Shown here: in pieces, positions 9,079-17,731 of the stretch
How positions within the stretch are numbered: position 1 is the stretch's first letter
How the letters are laid out: each line of letters starts with the position of its first letter
DNA from: Pseudomonadota bacterium
GTDB lineage: Bacteria; Bdellovibrionota_B; Oligoflexia; Oligoflexales; CAIYRB01
Assembly (NCBI GenBank): GCA_031416315.1
Contig: JANOTL010000145.1
Location: forward strand, 1 to 23,033
Direction of reading: 5' to 3'
Length of the DNA stretch: 23,033 nt
Program-made: the position numbers and the translations under genes
The notes under the pieces: generated by a model
The model's input: only the letters and a program-made list of their open reading frames with translations
The model's database searches: none
Told to the model about the DNA's origin: nothing

Positions 9079-9903
9079 ATGAGCATCTACCAGCAGACAA
9101 AGTACCGAGAGGTCGTGCGCGCGGCGCTGCTCCAGTTGAAGGAGCAGGCGCCGGATCGCTACACGTTCCAGGACATGGCGCGCGCTTGCAAGATGCAGAA
9201 GACGTATTTGTCGCGCGTGCTCGGCGGCAAAGCCGAGCTCAGCGAGGACCAGCTCTACCTCGTCTGCGAGTATCTGCATTTCGACGAAGACCAGCGGGCG
9301 TACGTGAAATTGCTGCATGCGCTCGAGCGCACGTCGGTGGTGAAAAGGAGGAAGGAGCTCGCCACGCAGGTCGCGGCGACTCAGGAGAAGCACCGGCGGA
9401 CGGATGCGCACATCGCCGCGCGCGCTTTGGTGGCCGAGCCGATCGACACCGCCGCGTATCACCTGGATCCGAACATGATCTTGGTCCACGTCTTCCTGAC
9501 CGTGCCTCGCTTCGCAGCCGCGCCCGCCGCGATCGCGGCCGAGCTCGGGCTGCCTGCGGCGCGGTTCGCGGCGATTTTGGCACAGTTGGAACGCCTGGGG
9601 CTGATCGAGCCGGCGAGCGCGGGCTATCGGGTGAAGGTCGAGATGCTGCACTTGGCGGCGGGCTCGCCGCTCTACAAGGCGTACTCGGTACTGCAGCGGG
9701 CGAAGGCCTCGGAGCAGCTGCAGAAACTTCCGCCGGGGCGCGACTACGCCTTCACCGTCGCGTTCTCGGCCAACGAGGCGGTGAGGGTGGCGATCAAGGA
9801 TCGCTTTTTGAAGCTTTTGGCCGAAGTTCAGCCGCTGGTGTTGCGCGCGAAGGCGGAGCACGTCTATCAAATGAGCTTCGACCTGTTTCCGTGGAGCGAA
9901 TGA
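9079..9903 (+). CDS. TIGR02147/DUF4423-like protein with N-terminal HTH (putative transcriptional regulator)
   Basis: Starts MSIYQQTKYREVV. HTH-like FQDMARACKMQKTYLSRVLGGKAELS, winged-helix-like LAQLERLGLI, and terminal VYQMSFDLFP typical of the family. Confidence 0.8.
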   Translation: MSIYQQTKYREVVRAALLQLKEQAPDRYTFQDMARACKMQKTYLSRVLGGKAELSEDQLYLVCEYLHFDEDQRAYVKLLHALERTSVVKRRKELATQVAATQEKHRRTDAHIAARALVAEPIDTAAYHLDPNMILVHVFLTVPRFAAAPAAIAAELGLPAARFAAILAQLERLGLIEPASAGYRVKVEMLHLAAGSPLYKAYSVLQRAKASEQLQKLPPGRDYAFTVAFSANEAVRVAIKDRFLKLLAEVQPLVLRAKAEHVYQMSFDLFPWSE

Positions 9904-9906
9904 GCC

Positions 9907-10812
9907 ATGAGCTGGACGGCGGCGGTCGCCGCAGCGCTCTTTTTCGAGGGCGCGGGCGGCGCGAAGATCGCATACGAGACTTTTCCCGCGCCGACGGCGC
10001 GGGGCGCGGTCGTCGTGCTATCCGGGTATTCTGAGTCTTACGTCTTTTACGCGGATCTGATCGCCGACCTGACGAACGACGGGCTCGACGTCTACATCAT
10101 GGACCATCGTGGGATGGGCCGCTCGGAGCGGTTCTTGAAGAACCGACAGATCGTGCACGTCGTCAATGCGGCGGACTACGGCAAGGACGTCGACCGCTTC
10201 GTGGACCAAGTCGTGACGCCGTCCCTGCGCGGGATGCCGCTGTTCTTGTTCGCGCATTCAACGGGAGCTCTCGTCGCGGTGGACGTCATGGAGCGCCGTC
10301 CAGAGCTCTTTCGCAAGGCGGTGCTCAGTGCGCCGCTTCTGCGGCTCAACACAGGCTCCTGGCCGGAATCGGTCGCGTATGCGGTCGTCGCGGCGGCCGA
10401 CGCGATCGGATTCGGTGAGAGCTATGCGATCGGCTACAAAGACATGGCTCTCGAGCGCTACACGTTCGAGAACACCAGGACGACGCACAGCGTCGAGCGC
10501 TTCGCCATCAAACGACGCGACTACGAGCTGAACCCCGAGTTGATGATGGGCGGGCCCAGCAACCACTGGATCAAGGTGATGATGAACTGGGCGGAGGCCC
10601 TCGCGCCCGCTTACGGCCGCATCACGACGCCTGTGCTGATGTTTCAGGCAGGTCAGGAAACCTTCGTCAGCAACGAGGGGCAGGACGCCTTCTGCGCCGC
10701 CGCGCCGAAGTGCCGGAAGATCCGCTTCGAGGACGCCCATCACGAGCTTTTCCGCGAGGCGGAAGCCGTGCGGGAGCCCTTGATCCGAGAGCTTTCCGAG
10801 CATCTGCGGTAG
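9907..10812 (+). CDS. Alpha/beta hydrolase, lysophospholipase L2 (PldB)-like
   Basis: SGYSES, MDHRGMGRS, nucleophile elbow AHSTG, LSAP, MGGPSNHW, catalytic His in AHHELF. Begins 3 nt after the upstream stop. Confidence 0.88.
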   Translation: MSWTAAVAAALFFEGAGGAKIAYETFPAPTARGAVVVLSGYSESYVFYADLIADLTNDGLDVYIMDHRGMGRSERFLKNRQIVHVVNAADYGKDVDRFVDQVVTPSLRGMPLFLFAHSTGALVAVDVMERRPELFRKAVLSAPLLRLNTGSWPESVAYAVVAAADAIGFGESYAIGYKDMALERYTFENTRTTHSVERFAIKRRDYELNPELMMGGPSNHWIKVMMNWAEALAPAYGRITTPVLMFQAGQETFVSNEGQDAFCAAAPKCRKIRFEDAHHELFREAEAVREPLIRELSEHLR

Positions 10813-10898
10813 GTTAAAGATTCGCGCCTGCGCAAGGCTCGGGGGCTGTGATAAACGGTCTGAAACCGTGGCATTTGGTGCGCAAAGGAGCAATCGCA

Positions 10899-13211
10899 TT
10901 GCAGAAATTCATCCTTTCGCTCGTGCTCGCCCTCGTCGCCGCAGGGCTCTTCGGGCGCGTGACGGGCGCGGACTTCATTTGGAATGACCGGACGATCGCC
11001 CTCGAGTCGGAGACGCCGTCGCCGGCGGCTCTGCATTCGGGCGAGCTCTACGCGCCGGTCACCAAATTCGCCTGGCAGGGCCTGTCGAAGCTGGCGAAGA
11101 AATTCGCGAAGCCCGAGACCGCCGTCCTCCACGCCGCCAACCTCGTGGCGCACGTGACGAGCGCCGTGCTGGTGTTCCTCATCCTCGCGCTCGTGCTGCA
11201 AAATGCCCCCGCCGCGTTCTTCGGCGGCCTCCTCTTCGCCTTGCATCCTCTGCAGGTCGAGGCCGTGGCCTACGTCGCCGCGCTCGACTTTCCCTTGGGC
11301 GCGGCCTTCGCGCTGTTCGCGATCCTCGAGTACCTGCGCTTCTCGCAGTTGCGCGAGACGCAGACGCGCGGGCGTAGCGCGAATCCCCTCAACGCTTACT
11401 ACGTCGCGACGGCGTCCTACGCCTTGGCCGTGCTGTGCATGCCAGCGCTCATCGTGACGCCCCTCGTCGCGTTGCTCCTCGAGCGGCTCCTACCGCGGCG
11501 CTCCTCGTTCCTGGCGCCACGCCGGCCCGTATGGCCGCTCGCGATTTGGGCCTTGCTCGCCGTGCCGCAGCTGATCTGGACGATCCTCTCGCAGAAGACG
11601 GCCGCGCTCTCGGCGCATCTGCCGTTCTGGATCAAGCCGGTCGTCGCGGCCGACGCGCTCAGCTTCTATCTGTCGAAGATCTTCGCGCCCGCGTTCCTCG
11701 GGCCGGACTACGGCCGCTCGCCGGCCTTCCTCGCGAGCCAATGGTGGGGCTTCGTCACCTGGATCCTGCCGGCGACGCTCTTCCTGATCCTGCTCTATTG
11801 GCGCGAGAAAGCCCGCACCTGGTACGCGGCCGCGTTCGCGGTCCTGATCCTCGGGCTCCTGCCTTTCCTTGGCTTCGCGCTCTTCGAGGCGCAGGGCACG
11901 TCGACGGTCGCGAACCGTTACGTCTATTTCGCGATGCTCGGCCCCGCCTTGGGCTTAGCCTATGCGATGACGACCCCGAAAAAGGCGTGGATCCAGCTGC
12001 TCGGCCTCGCCGCCGTCGTCGCCTGCGGCTACCTCTCCTTCCAAAGCTTGAAGCACTGGCGCAGCGACGAAACGCTCTGGAGCCACGCGGTGCAGGTGAA
12101 TCCAGGCAGCCCGATCGCGCACGAGGTGCTCGGGCACGCGGCCCGCGAAAAGGGGGAATGGCGCGCGGCGCGCGAGCATTACGAGAAAGTCCTCCAGAGC
12201 AACGCCGTGAGCGCCGAGATCCATTTCCACCTGGCCGAGATCGAACGCCTCCACGGCTCGGCCGAGAAGGCGATCCCGCTCTACGAGAAGACGCTCACTC
12301 TCGACTCCAGCTACGCGCGCGCCTACGGCAGCTTGGGACTCGCGCTCCTCGCCGGTGAGCGCTTCGACGAGGCGCAGAAGAACTTCGAGAAGGCGGTCGA
12401 GATCGAGCCGAACGACTACGAGGCGGTGAAGAACCTCGGCCTGCTCCATGTGCGCAAGAAGGAGTACGCCGAGGGCGCGCCGCTCCTTCGCCGCGCTCTG
12501 ACGCTCGCCGAAGAGCGGAACGCGCCGCCGACCGATCGCGCGCTGATCCATGCTTTGCTGGGCTTGGCGCTCGCTAACACGAATCAGACCGAGACGGCGC
12601 GCGAGCATCTGGCCCTCGCCGTGAAGCTCGAGCCGAACAACCAGGAAGCGCACCGTGTGCTCGCCGACATCTATTTCGCCGCCGAGCAGCGCGCGGAGGC
12701 GCTGCCGCACTATCAGAAAGCGGTCGAGCTGGGCGACGCGTCCCCTGAAGCCGCAAACAACCTCGGCATCATCTTGTCGATGAACAAGAGCTACGAGAAG
12801 GCGGCCGAGGCCTTCGACAAGGCGCTGGTCGCGAAGCCGAACTTCCCCGAGGCGCTGACGAACCTCGGCGTGGCGAACTTCCACTTGCGGCGGTTCGAGG
12901 CGGCGAACAAGGCCTTCGAGACCTCGCTTGGGCTGAAGCCGCAGCAGGCGGACCCGTACTATTTCTTCGGCGACATGGCGCGCTGGCAGGGCAAGGAGAA
13001 GGAAGCCATCGGCTTCTACTACAAAGCGCTGAAGATCAATCCGAGCCACGTCGACGCCAACTATCGCCTCGGCAACTGGTTCATGAAGGAAGGCAACTCG
13101 CGGATGGCGGCGCGCCACTACCAGGTCGCCCTGAAGGTCGCCCCGGAGGACCAACGCCTGATTTTCAGCCTGAAAAAGGCCGAAGGCTCGAGCGGCGAAG
13201 AGAAGATGTAA
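10899..13211 (+). CDS. Multi-pass membrane protein of TMTC-like (GT-C glycosyltransferase) type with C-terminal TPR array
   Basis: TTG start after AAGGAG. Motifs FIWND, HAANLVAH, LFALHPLQVEAV, ANRYVY, WRSDETLW, then roughly ten TPR-like units. Confidence 0.85.
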   Translation: MQKFILSLVLALVAAGLFGRVTGADFIWNDRTIALESETPSPAALHSGELYAPVTKFAWQGLSKLAKKFAKPETAVLHAANLVAHVTSAVLVFLILALVLQNAPAAFFGGLLFALHPLQVEAVAYVAALDFPLGAAFALFAILEYLRFSQLRETQTRGRSANPLNAYYVATASYALAVLCMPALIVTPLVALLLERLLPRRSSFLAPRRPVWPLAIWALLAVPQLIWTILSQKTAALSAHLPFWIKPVVAADALSFYLSKIFAPAFLGPDYGRSPAFLASQWWGFVTWILPATLFLILLYWREKARTWYAAAFAVLILGLLPFLGFALFEAQGTSTVANRYVYFAMLGPALGLAYAMTTPKKAWIQLLGLAAVVACGYLSFQSLKHWRSDETLWSHAVQVNPGSPIAHEVLGHAAREKGEWRAAREHYEKVLQSNAVSAEIHFHLAEIERLHGSAEKAIPLYEKTLTLDSSYARAYGSLGLALLAGERFDEAQKNFEKAVEIEPNDYEAVKNLGLLHVRKKEYAEGAPLLRRALTLAEERNAPPTDRALIHALLGLALANTNQTETAREHLALAVKLEPNNQEAHRVLADIYFAAEQRAEALPHYQKAVELGDASPEAANNLGIILSMNKSYEKAAEAFDKALVAKPNFPEALTNLGVANFHLRRFEAANKAFETSLGLKPQQADPYYFFGDMARWQGKEKEAIGFYYKALKINPSHVDANYRLGNWFMKEGNSRMAARHYQVALKVAPEDQRLIFSLKKAEGSSGEEKM

Positions 13212-13271
13212 GCCCCCTCAAGGGCAGGCCGTTCCGCGCCGATGCTGGAGTATCCTCCAAGGAGACTCCCG

Positions 13272-14450
13272 ATGGCTCGTCACCACTTAGGTCGCGCGGC
13301 GCTTCTGACGCTCGTTACGGCCCTTGCGTGCAAGCCGCCCGCGACCGGCGCGAGCACGGCGAAGTCGCTCGAGAACTACGTCGCGGCGGACGGGACGACG
13401 CTCGTGCGCAACGAGTGCGAAGGCCCATACGTCAACGACAAACATGCCGCGGCGGAATACGTTGAGGTTCCCGAAGCTCTGCGCGCCGACTTCCACAAAG
13501 CGCTTAGCTCGATTCCGCTCGGCCTGCGCGAGATGTTCGCCACGGGAATGATCGGCAAGTTCACGGTCACGCCCGAGGCGACGCAGCTTTGCGGCGCGGC
13601 CAGCACGGATCTCGCCGAAGGGCGTCTGCGCACGGGCGGCCAGGAGACGACGACCTGCCTCAAGGCGTCGGCGGGGCAGCCCGGCGTCGAGCTCATCCTG
13701 CCTGCGAATCCCGCAAGCCTGCGGCATACGCTGGTGCGCGCCTTCTTCGCGGCGACCTTCCGCGTGATGGCGGTCTCGACCTACGACAAGCGCACGAAGC
13801 TCTTCTCCGCGGGGAAGGCCGATCCAGAGTTGGCGAAGATCGAGCGCTCGGTGACCTTGGCGTTGCGTGAGGACCTCCTCGGCTCCGGCGTCGACGAGCG
13901 GGGCTTGCGCCGCATTTTCGGCCGTCGGCTCGCCGCGGCCACGAGTGGCGGGGCGATGGCCACGGCTTACGACCAGACGCCGAAGGCCGAACGAGGGCAC
14001 CTGGCGCTTGGGGTCATCCGCGAGGCGGCCGACCAGTATTACTGCTCGGCGGCGACGCGGGTCGTGATGCGGGCAAAGTTTCCCAAGACGTACGATGCGT
14101 TTAGATCGACTTGGGTTCGGACGATGCACGCCGTGCTCGAGGAAAAGAATCCGGAGGAGCTTCTGGGCGAGCCCGCGAGAGGCGATGGCCTCGGACTCGC
14201 GGGGTCCGGCGGCTCCGGGCCGCTGCGTGCCTGGGGCGAGGCGCGTCAGCACGCCCGCGCCGAAGGCGGAGTCGGGCCGCTGCCAAACTGGAGCCTAGCG
14301 CGCCAGCAAGGCGTCGCCGCGGGTGGGACGGGCGCTGCTCCGACCTGGGCGGCCGTGCGTCAGAGCGCGCGCGCCGAGCTGAACCAGGCGGGACGACCAG
14401 CTACGAGCCTCTTTCCGGGCTTTTGGGCGAACCGTTTCCTAGGGGATTGA
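13272..14450 (+). CDS. Hypothetical lipoprotein; ATLF/zincin-like fold suspected; Gly-rich repeat tail
   Basis: AAGGAG RBS before ATG 13272. Lipobox ALA-C. EAADQYYCS...R...KFPKTYDAF segment and three 19-aa C-terminal repeats. Confidence 0.75.
   Translation: MARHHLGRAALLTLVTALACKPPATGASTAKSLENYVAADGTTLVRNECEGPYVNDKHAAAEYVEVPEALRADFHKALSSIPLGLREMFATGMIGKFTVTPEATQLCGAASTDLAEGRLRTGGQETTTCLKASAGQPGVELILPANPASLRHTLVRAFFAATFRVMAVSTYDKRTKLFSAGKADPELAKIERSVTLALREDLLGSGVDERGLRRIFGRRLAAATSGGAMATAYDQTPKAERGHLALGVIREAADQYYCSAATRVVMRAKFPKTYDAFRSTWVRTMHAVLEEKNPEELLGEPARGDGLGLAGSGGSGPLRAWGEARQHARAEGGVGPLPNWSLARQQGVAAGGTGAAPTWAAVRQSARAELNQAGRPATSLFPGFWANRFLGD
14208..14378 (+). repeat. Three intragenic 57-nt (19-aa) degenerate repeats
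   Basis: GGSGPLRAWGEARQHARAE / GGVGPLPNWSLARQQGVAA / GGTGAAPTWAAVRQSARAE. Confidence 0.75.
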
Positions 14451-14626
14451 AACATTTTGGTGACACTCGGATTCTGGGGGTCGGCGTAGTAATCTGTGGC
14501 GGACCTCCCCCCTAGTCGAGGCTCGTCATCGAACGTCGTCCCACAACTGCGTCTGCGAGCGTCAGAAGCTCCTGGCTCGTCGCCATTGCGACGACGGCGG
14601 CGTACGTCCTGCTGCGTTGGGCGCTG

Positions 14627-16891
14627 GTGCCGCTGATTCCTTCGACGGGTTTCCCGTTACCCGCGATCTTCTTCGTCATCCCGATTGCGGCGAGCACACG
14701 CATTTGCGGGTTCTGGTCGGGGATCATCGCCACCGCCCTCGCGATGGTCATCGTCGGCTCCGCCTTGCTGCAGCACCCCTTGCCCTTCAACTATGAGGAC
14801 GACGAGCGGCTGACGTTCATGATGCCGCACGTCGTCGGGGTCCTGTCGAGCGGCGTCGCCATAACCTGGATGATCGACCGCCTGCGCTCCGCGAACCAGC
14901 GCGTTCAACCTTACATCGAAGCCTTAGCGGAGAGCGAAGAGCGCTTCCGGCAGCTCGCCGAGAACATCGAGGAGCGCATCTTCTGGATGGTCGACCTGAA
15001 GCTCGGACGCTTCGTGTACGCGAGTCCCGGCTTCGAGAGCGTCTGGGGCGTGAGCCGCGAAGCCTTGTACTCCTCGTCCGACGTTTGGCGGAAGAGCCTG
15101 CATCCGGACGACCGAGATCGCGTCATCGAGCTCACCAAAGGCATGGCGGAGAAGGGGACGGCACTCGACTATCGGATCGTCCGGCCCGATGGCGACGTGC
15201 GTTGGGTCCGGGACCGCGGCTTCCCCGTTCGCGACGGCAACGGTCGGGTCTGTCGGTTCGTCGGCCTAGCGGAGGACGTGACGCACGAGCGGCTCGCGGC
15301 CGAGGCTTTGCGGGCGAGCCAGGAGCGCTACCGCATCACGACCGAAGCCGCGTCCGAAGCGATCCTGACGCTCGACGAAGAAGGGATGATCAGCTTCGCG
15401 AATCCGGCGGCGGCGCGGATGTTCGGCTTCGCCCAGGCGCTCGACTTGATCGGCCAACACTTGCCTGAGCTGATGCCGACAAGCTCGACCCCGTTCCGCG
15501 TGACCTGCGGCATTTCGGGCGTCGAGCTTATCGGGCGGCGGCGCGACGGGCTCGAGTTCCCGATCGAGGTCTCCTGCGGGGAGTACGTGGCGAACGGACG
15601 CAAGCTGTTCTCCGCCATCATTCGCGACATCACCGAGCGCAAGGTCGAAGAAGGCAAGCGCCAGCAGATCGAGGAGACCCTGCGCCGCGCGAAAGAGACG
15701 GCGGAGGCGGCGAGCCGCGCGAAGAGCGCCTTCCTCGCCAACACGAGCCACGAGATCCGCACACCTTTGGGCGCGGTGCTCGGCTTCGCCGAGCTGCTCG
15801 CCAACGGCGACACCACCGAGGCCGAGCGGGAGCGCTACGGCGAGGCGATTCGGCGCAACGGCCAGCTCCTGTCCAAGGTGATCAACGACATCCTCGACCT
15901 TTCGAAGATCGAAGCCGGACGCTTGTCGCTCGAGCGCGTGCCCGTGCCGCTCCACGAGGTGCTCTCGGAGCTCGACACGCTCCTCAGCCTGAAAGCCTCC
16001 GAAAAGGGGCTCCGGCTCATCGTCTCCACCGCACCGGACCTACCCGAGCGCGTGTGGACGGATCCTCTGCGCCTGCGCCAGGTTCTGCTCAACGTCGTCG
16101 GCAACGCCATCAAGTTCACAGAGCGTGGCTCGGTCGCGATCCGCGTCGGGATCCAGGAGCGTCAGGGGCGCCGCGAAGCCTTGGCCTTCACGGTGAGCGA
16201 TACCGGTCGGGGCATTACGGCCGATCAAGCGCGGACGCTGTTCGAGCCGTTCACACAAGCCGATCCCTCGACGACGCGGAAGTTCGGCGGCACCGGGCTC
16301 GGCCTCGCCTTGTCCCAGCGCCTCGCCGAAGCGCTCGGCGGCACGATCGAGCTGGTCCACAGCACGCCGGACGAAGGCAGCACGTTTCGCATCACCGTCG
16401 ATCCTGGGCCCGTCGTGACGAAGACGGGCTCGTTGCACCACGGACCGCCGGTCAAGGCTCCGAAGCCGGTCCCTGGCTCCACGGAAACTTTGGCCGCGGC
16501 GCCTTCGACGCCCGCGTCTGCGATCAAGCTCCACGGATTGAGAGTGCTCGTCGCCGAGGACGCCGCGGACAACCGCTTCTTGATCGATCGTCTGCTGAAG
16601 CTGGCCGGCGCCGAGGTGTCGATGGCCGTCAACGGCCGTGAGGCCGTGGAGAAGGCAGAAAGCGGGACCTACGATGTCGTCCTGATGGATCTGCAGATGC
16701 CGGAGATGGACGGATACGAGGCGACGAGCACGCTGCGGAGTCACGGCTACCTAAAGCCGATACTCGCCCTTACGGCGCACGCGCTGAAAGACGAGAAACA
16801 GCGTTGTTTGGAGAGCGGCTTCGACGGACATCTGTCAAAACCGATCGACCGGCTTTTGTTGTTGACGTCGCTCTCGCACTACCAAAATTAG
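14627..16891 (+). CDS. Hybrid sensor histidine kinase/response regulator (DUF4118-like TM region, 2 PAS, HisKA, HATPase, REC); true start probably upstream
   Basis: PAS motifs LHPDDR and YRIVRPDGDVRWVRDR, a second PAS, SHEIRTPL, NVVGNAIKFT, GGTGLGL, and REC with LVAED, LMDLQMP, LTAHA, SKP. Confidence 0.92.
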   Translation: MPLIPSTGFPLPAIFFVIPIAASTRICGFWSGIIATALAMVIVGSALLQHPLPFNYEDDERLTFMMPHVVGVLSSGVAITWMIDRLRSANQRVQPYIEALAESEERFRQLAENIEERIFWMVDLKLGRFVYASPGFESVWGVSREALYSSSDVWRKSLHPDDRDRVIELTKGMAEKGTALDYRIVRPDGDVRWVRDRGFPVRDGNGRVCRFVGLAEDVTHERLAAEALRASQERYRITTEAASEAILTLDEEGMISFANPAAARMFGFAQALDLIGQHLPELMPTSSTPFRVTCGISGVELIGRRRDGLEFPIEVSCGEYVANGRKLFSAIIRDITERKVEEGKRQQIEETLRRAKETAEAASRAKSAFLANTSHEIRTPLGAVLGFAELLANGDTTEAERERYGEAIRRNGQLLSKVINDILDLSKIEAGRLSLERVPVPLHEVLSELDTLLSLKASEKGLRLIVSTAPDLPERVWTDPLRLRQVLLNVVGNAIKFTERGSVAIRVGIQERQGRREALAFTVSDTGRGITADQARTLFEPFTQADPSTTRKFGGTGLGLALSQRLAEALGGTIELVHSTPDEGSTFRITVDPGPVVTKTGSLHHGPPVKAPKPVPGSTETLAAAPSTPASAIKLHGLRVLVAEDAADNRFLIDRLLKLAGAEVSMAVNGREAVEKAESGTYDVVLMDLQMPEMDGYEATSTLRSHGYLKPILALTAHALKDEKQRCLESGFDGHLSKPIDRLLLLTSLSHYQN

Positions 16892-17526
16892 GCGGCGAGC
16901 ATCGTTTTCGCGAGCTTCGAGGCGAACGCCACGGGCTGTGCCGGGCCGCTGCAGTTGAAGACCATGCCGGGAGCGGGAAGGCGGCTCAGGACGGTCCAAA
17001 GGTCGCGGCCCGTGAAGACGCGCGGCGCGAGCTCGCTTTGACCCGTTTCCTCGACGTAGGCTTGGTAGGCGTCGGGCGCAGTGAACACGGCGACGAGCTC
17101 GAGGCCGTCGTCGTCGGGCGCGAGGCCGATGGAAAGGCCGCCCTCGGTCTTGGCATACGCGAGGATGTAAGATTCGTAGTCGCGAACGGCAGGTAGGACC
17201 TCCGCCTGGCGCTCGGGCTCGAAACGCAGGACGTCGATCGCGTCCTCGACGCCAATCGCCTCGAACAGAGCGAGGACGCTCAGCGATTCCTCAGGCACGA
17301 GGCGAAGCTCGTGCTCGGTGCCACAATCGATGACGAGAGGAACGGCGAGAGCAGCGGCGGCGGCGAACGGAGCCTCGGCGTGAGAGCCCGCCTCGTCGTG
17401 CTGAGTCGAGACGTAGAGTGCTTGCCCGCGGGGACCTTCGCTCGGGGTCGCGGGCACGGACCAGCGGCTGGCGACGAAGCGCTGGCGGGTTAGGTTTGCC
17501 AAGGTCTTTGACGAGATCGCGGTCAT
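16888..17526 (-). CDS. Hypothetical protein, SseB N-terminal-domain-like
   Basis: C-terminal half has LVAVFTAPDA...FTGRDLW...GMVFNCSGP, resembling SseB_N. ATG at 17526. Convergent with the kinase, stops overlapping. Confidence 0.6.
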   Translation of the reverse strand: MTAISSKTLANLTRQRFVASRWSVPATPSEGPRGQALYVSTQHDEAGSHAEAPFAAAAALAVPLVIDCGTEHELRLVPEESLSVLALFEAIGVEDAIDVLRFEPERQAEVLPAVRDYESYILAYAKTEGGLSIGLAPDDDGLELVAVFTAPDAYQAYVEETGQSELAPRVFTGRDLWTVLSRLPAPGMVFNCSGPAQPVAFASKLAKTMLAA

Positions 17527-17622
17527 GTCGACGTTTCGGCCTTCGAGCGGCGAGCTTGAGCGGCGCCGGGCAAAGCCACGCCGCATCAGGCTTCCGCCTA
17601 TACGGGTAGGAGGTGCTGCCGG

Positions 17623-17731
17623 ATGCGTATGAATCGTCTTTTCGCTGCAATGCCGGCGCTCTCGTCCGGTCTCGCGCTCGCCCATGGCGAAGACAAGCCA
17701 GGTCCGCATGGAGGCCTTCGACACCGGTCAT
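17623..17731 (+). pseudogene. Truncated remnant of a secreted HGEDKPGPHGG-motif protein gene
   Basis: Perfect AGGAGGT RBS (17608-17614), ATG 17623, eroded signal peptide ending ALA-HGEDKPGPHGG. The frame then runs antisense into the neighbouring gene. Confidence 0.55.

Noticed and set aside
17527..17724. N-terminal extension of the SseB-like ORF to 278 aa
   Set aside because: It is Arg-rich, non-protein-like and overlaps the opposite-strand gene remnant.
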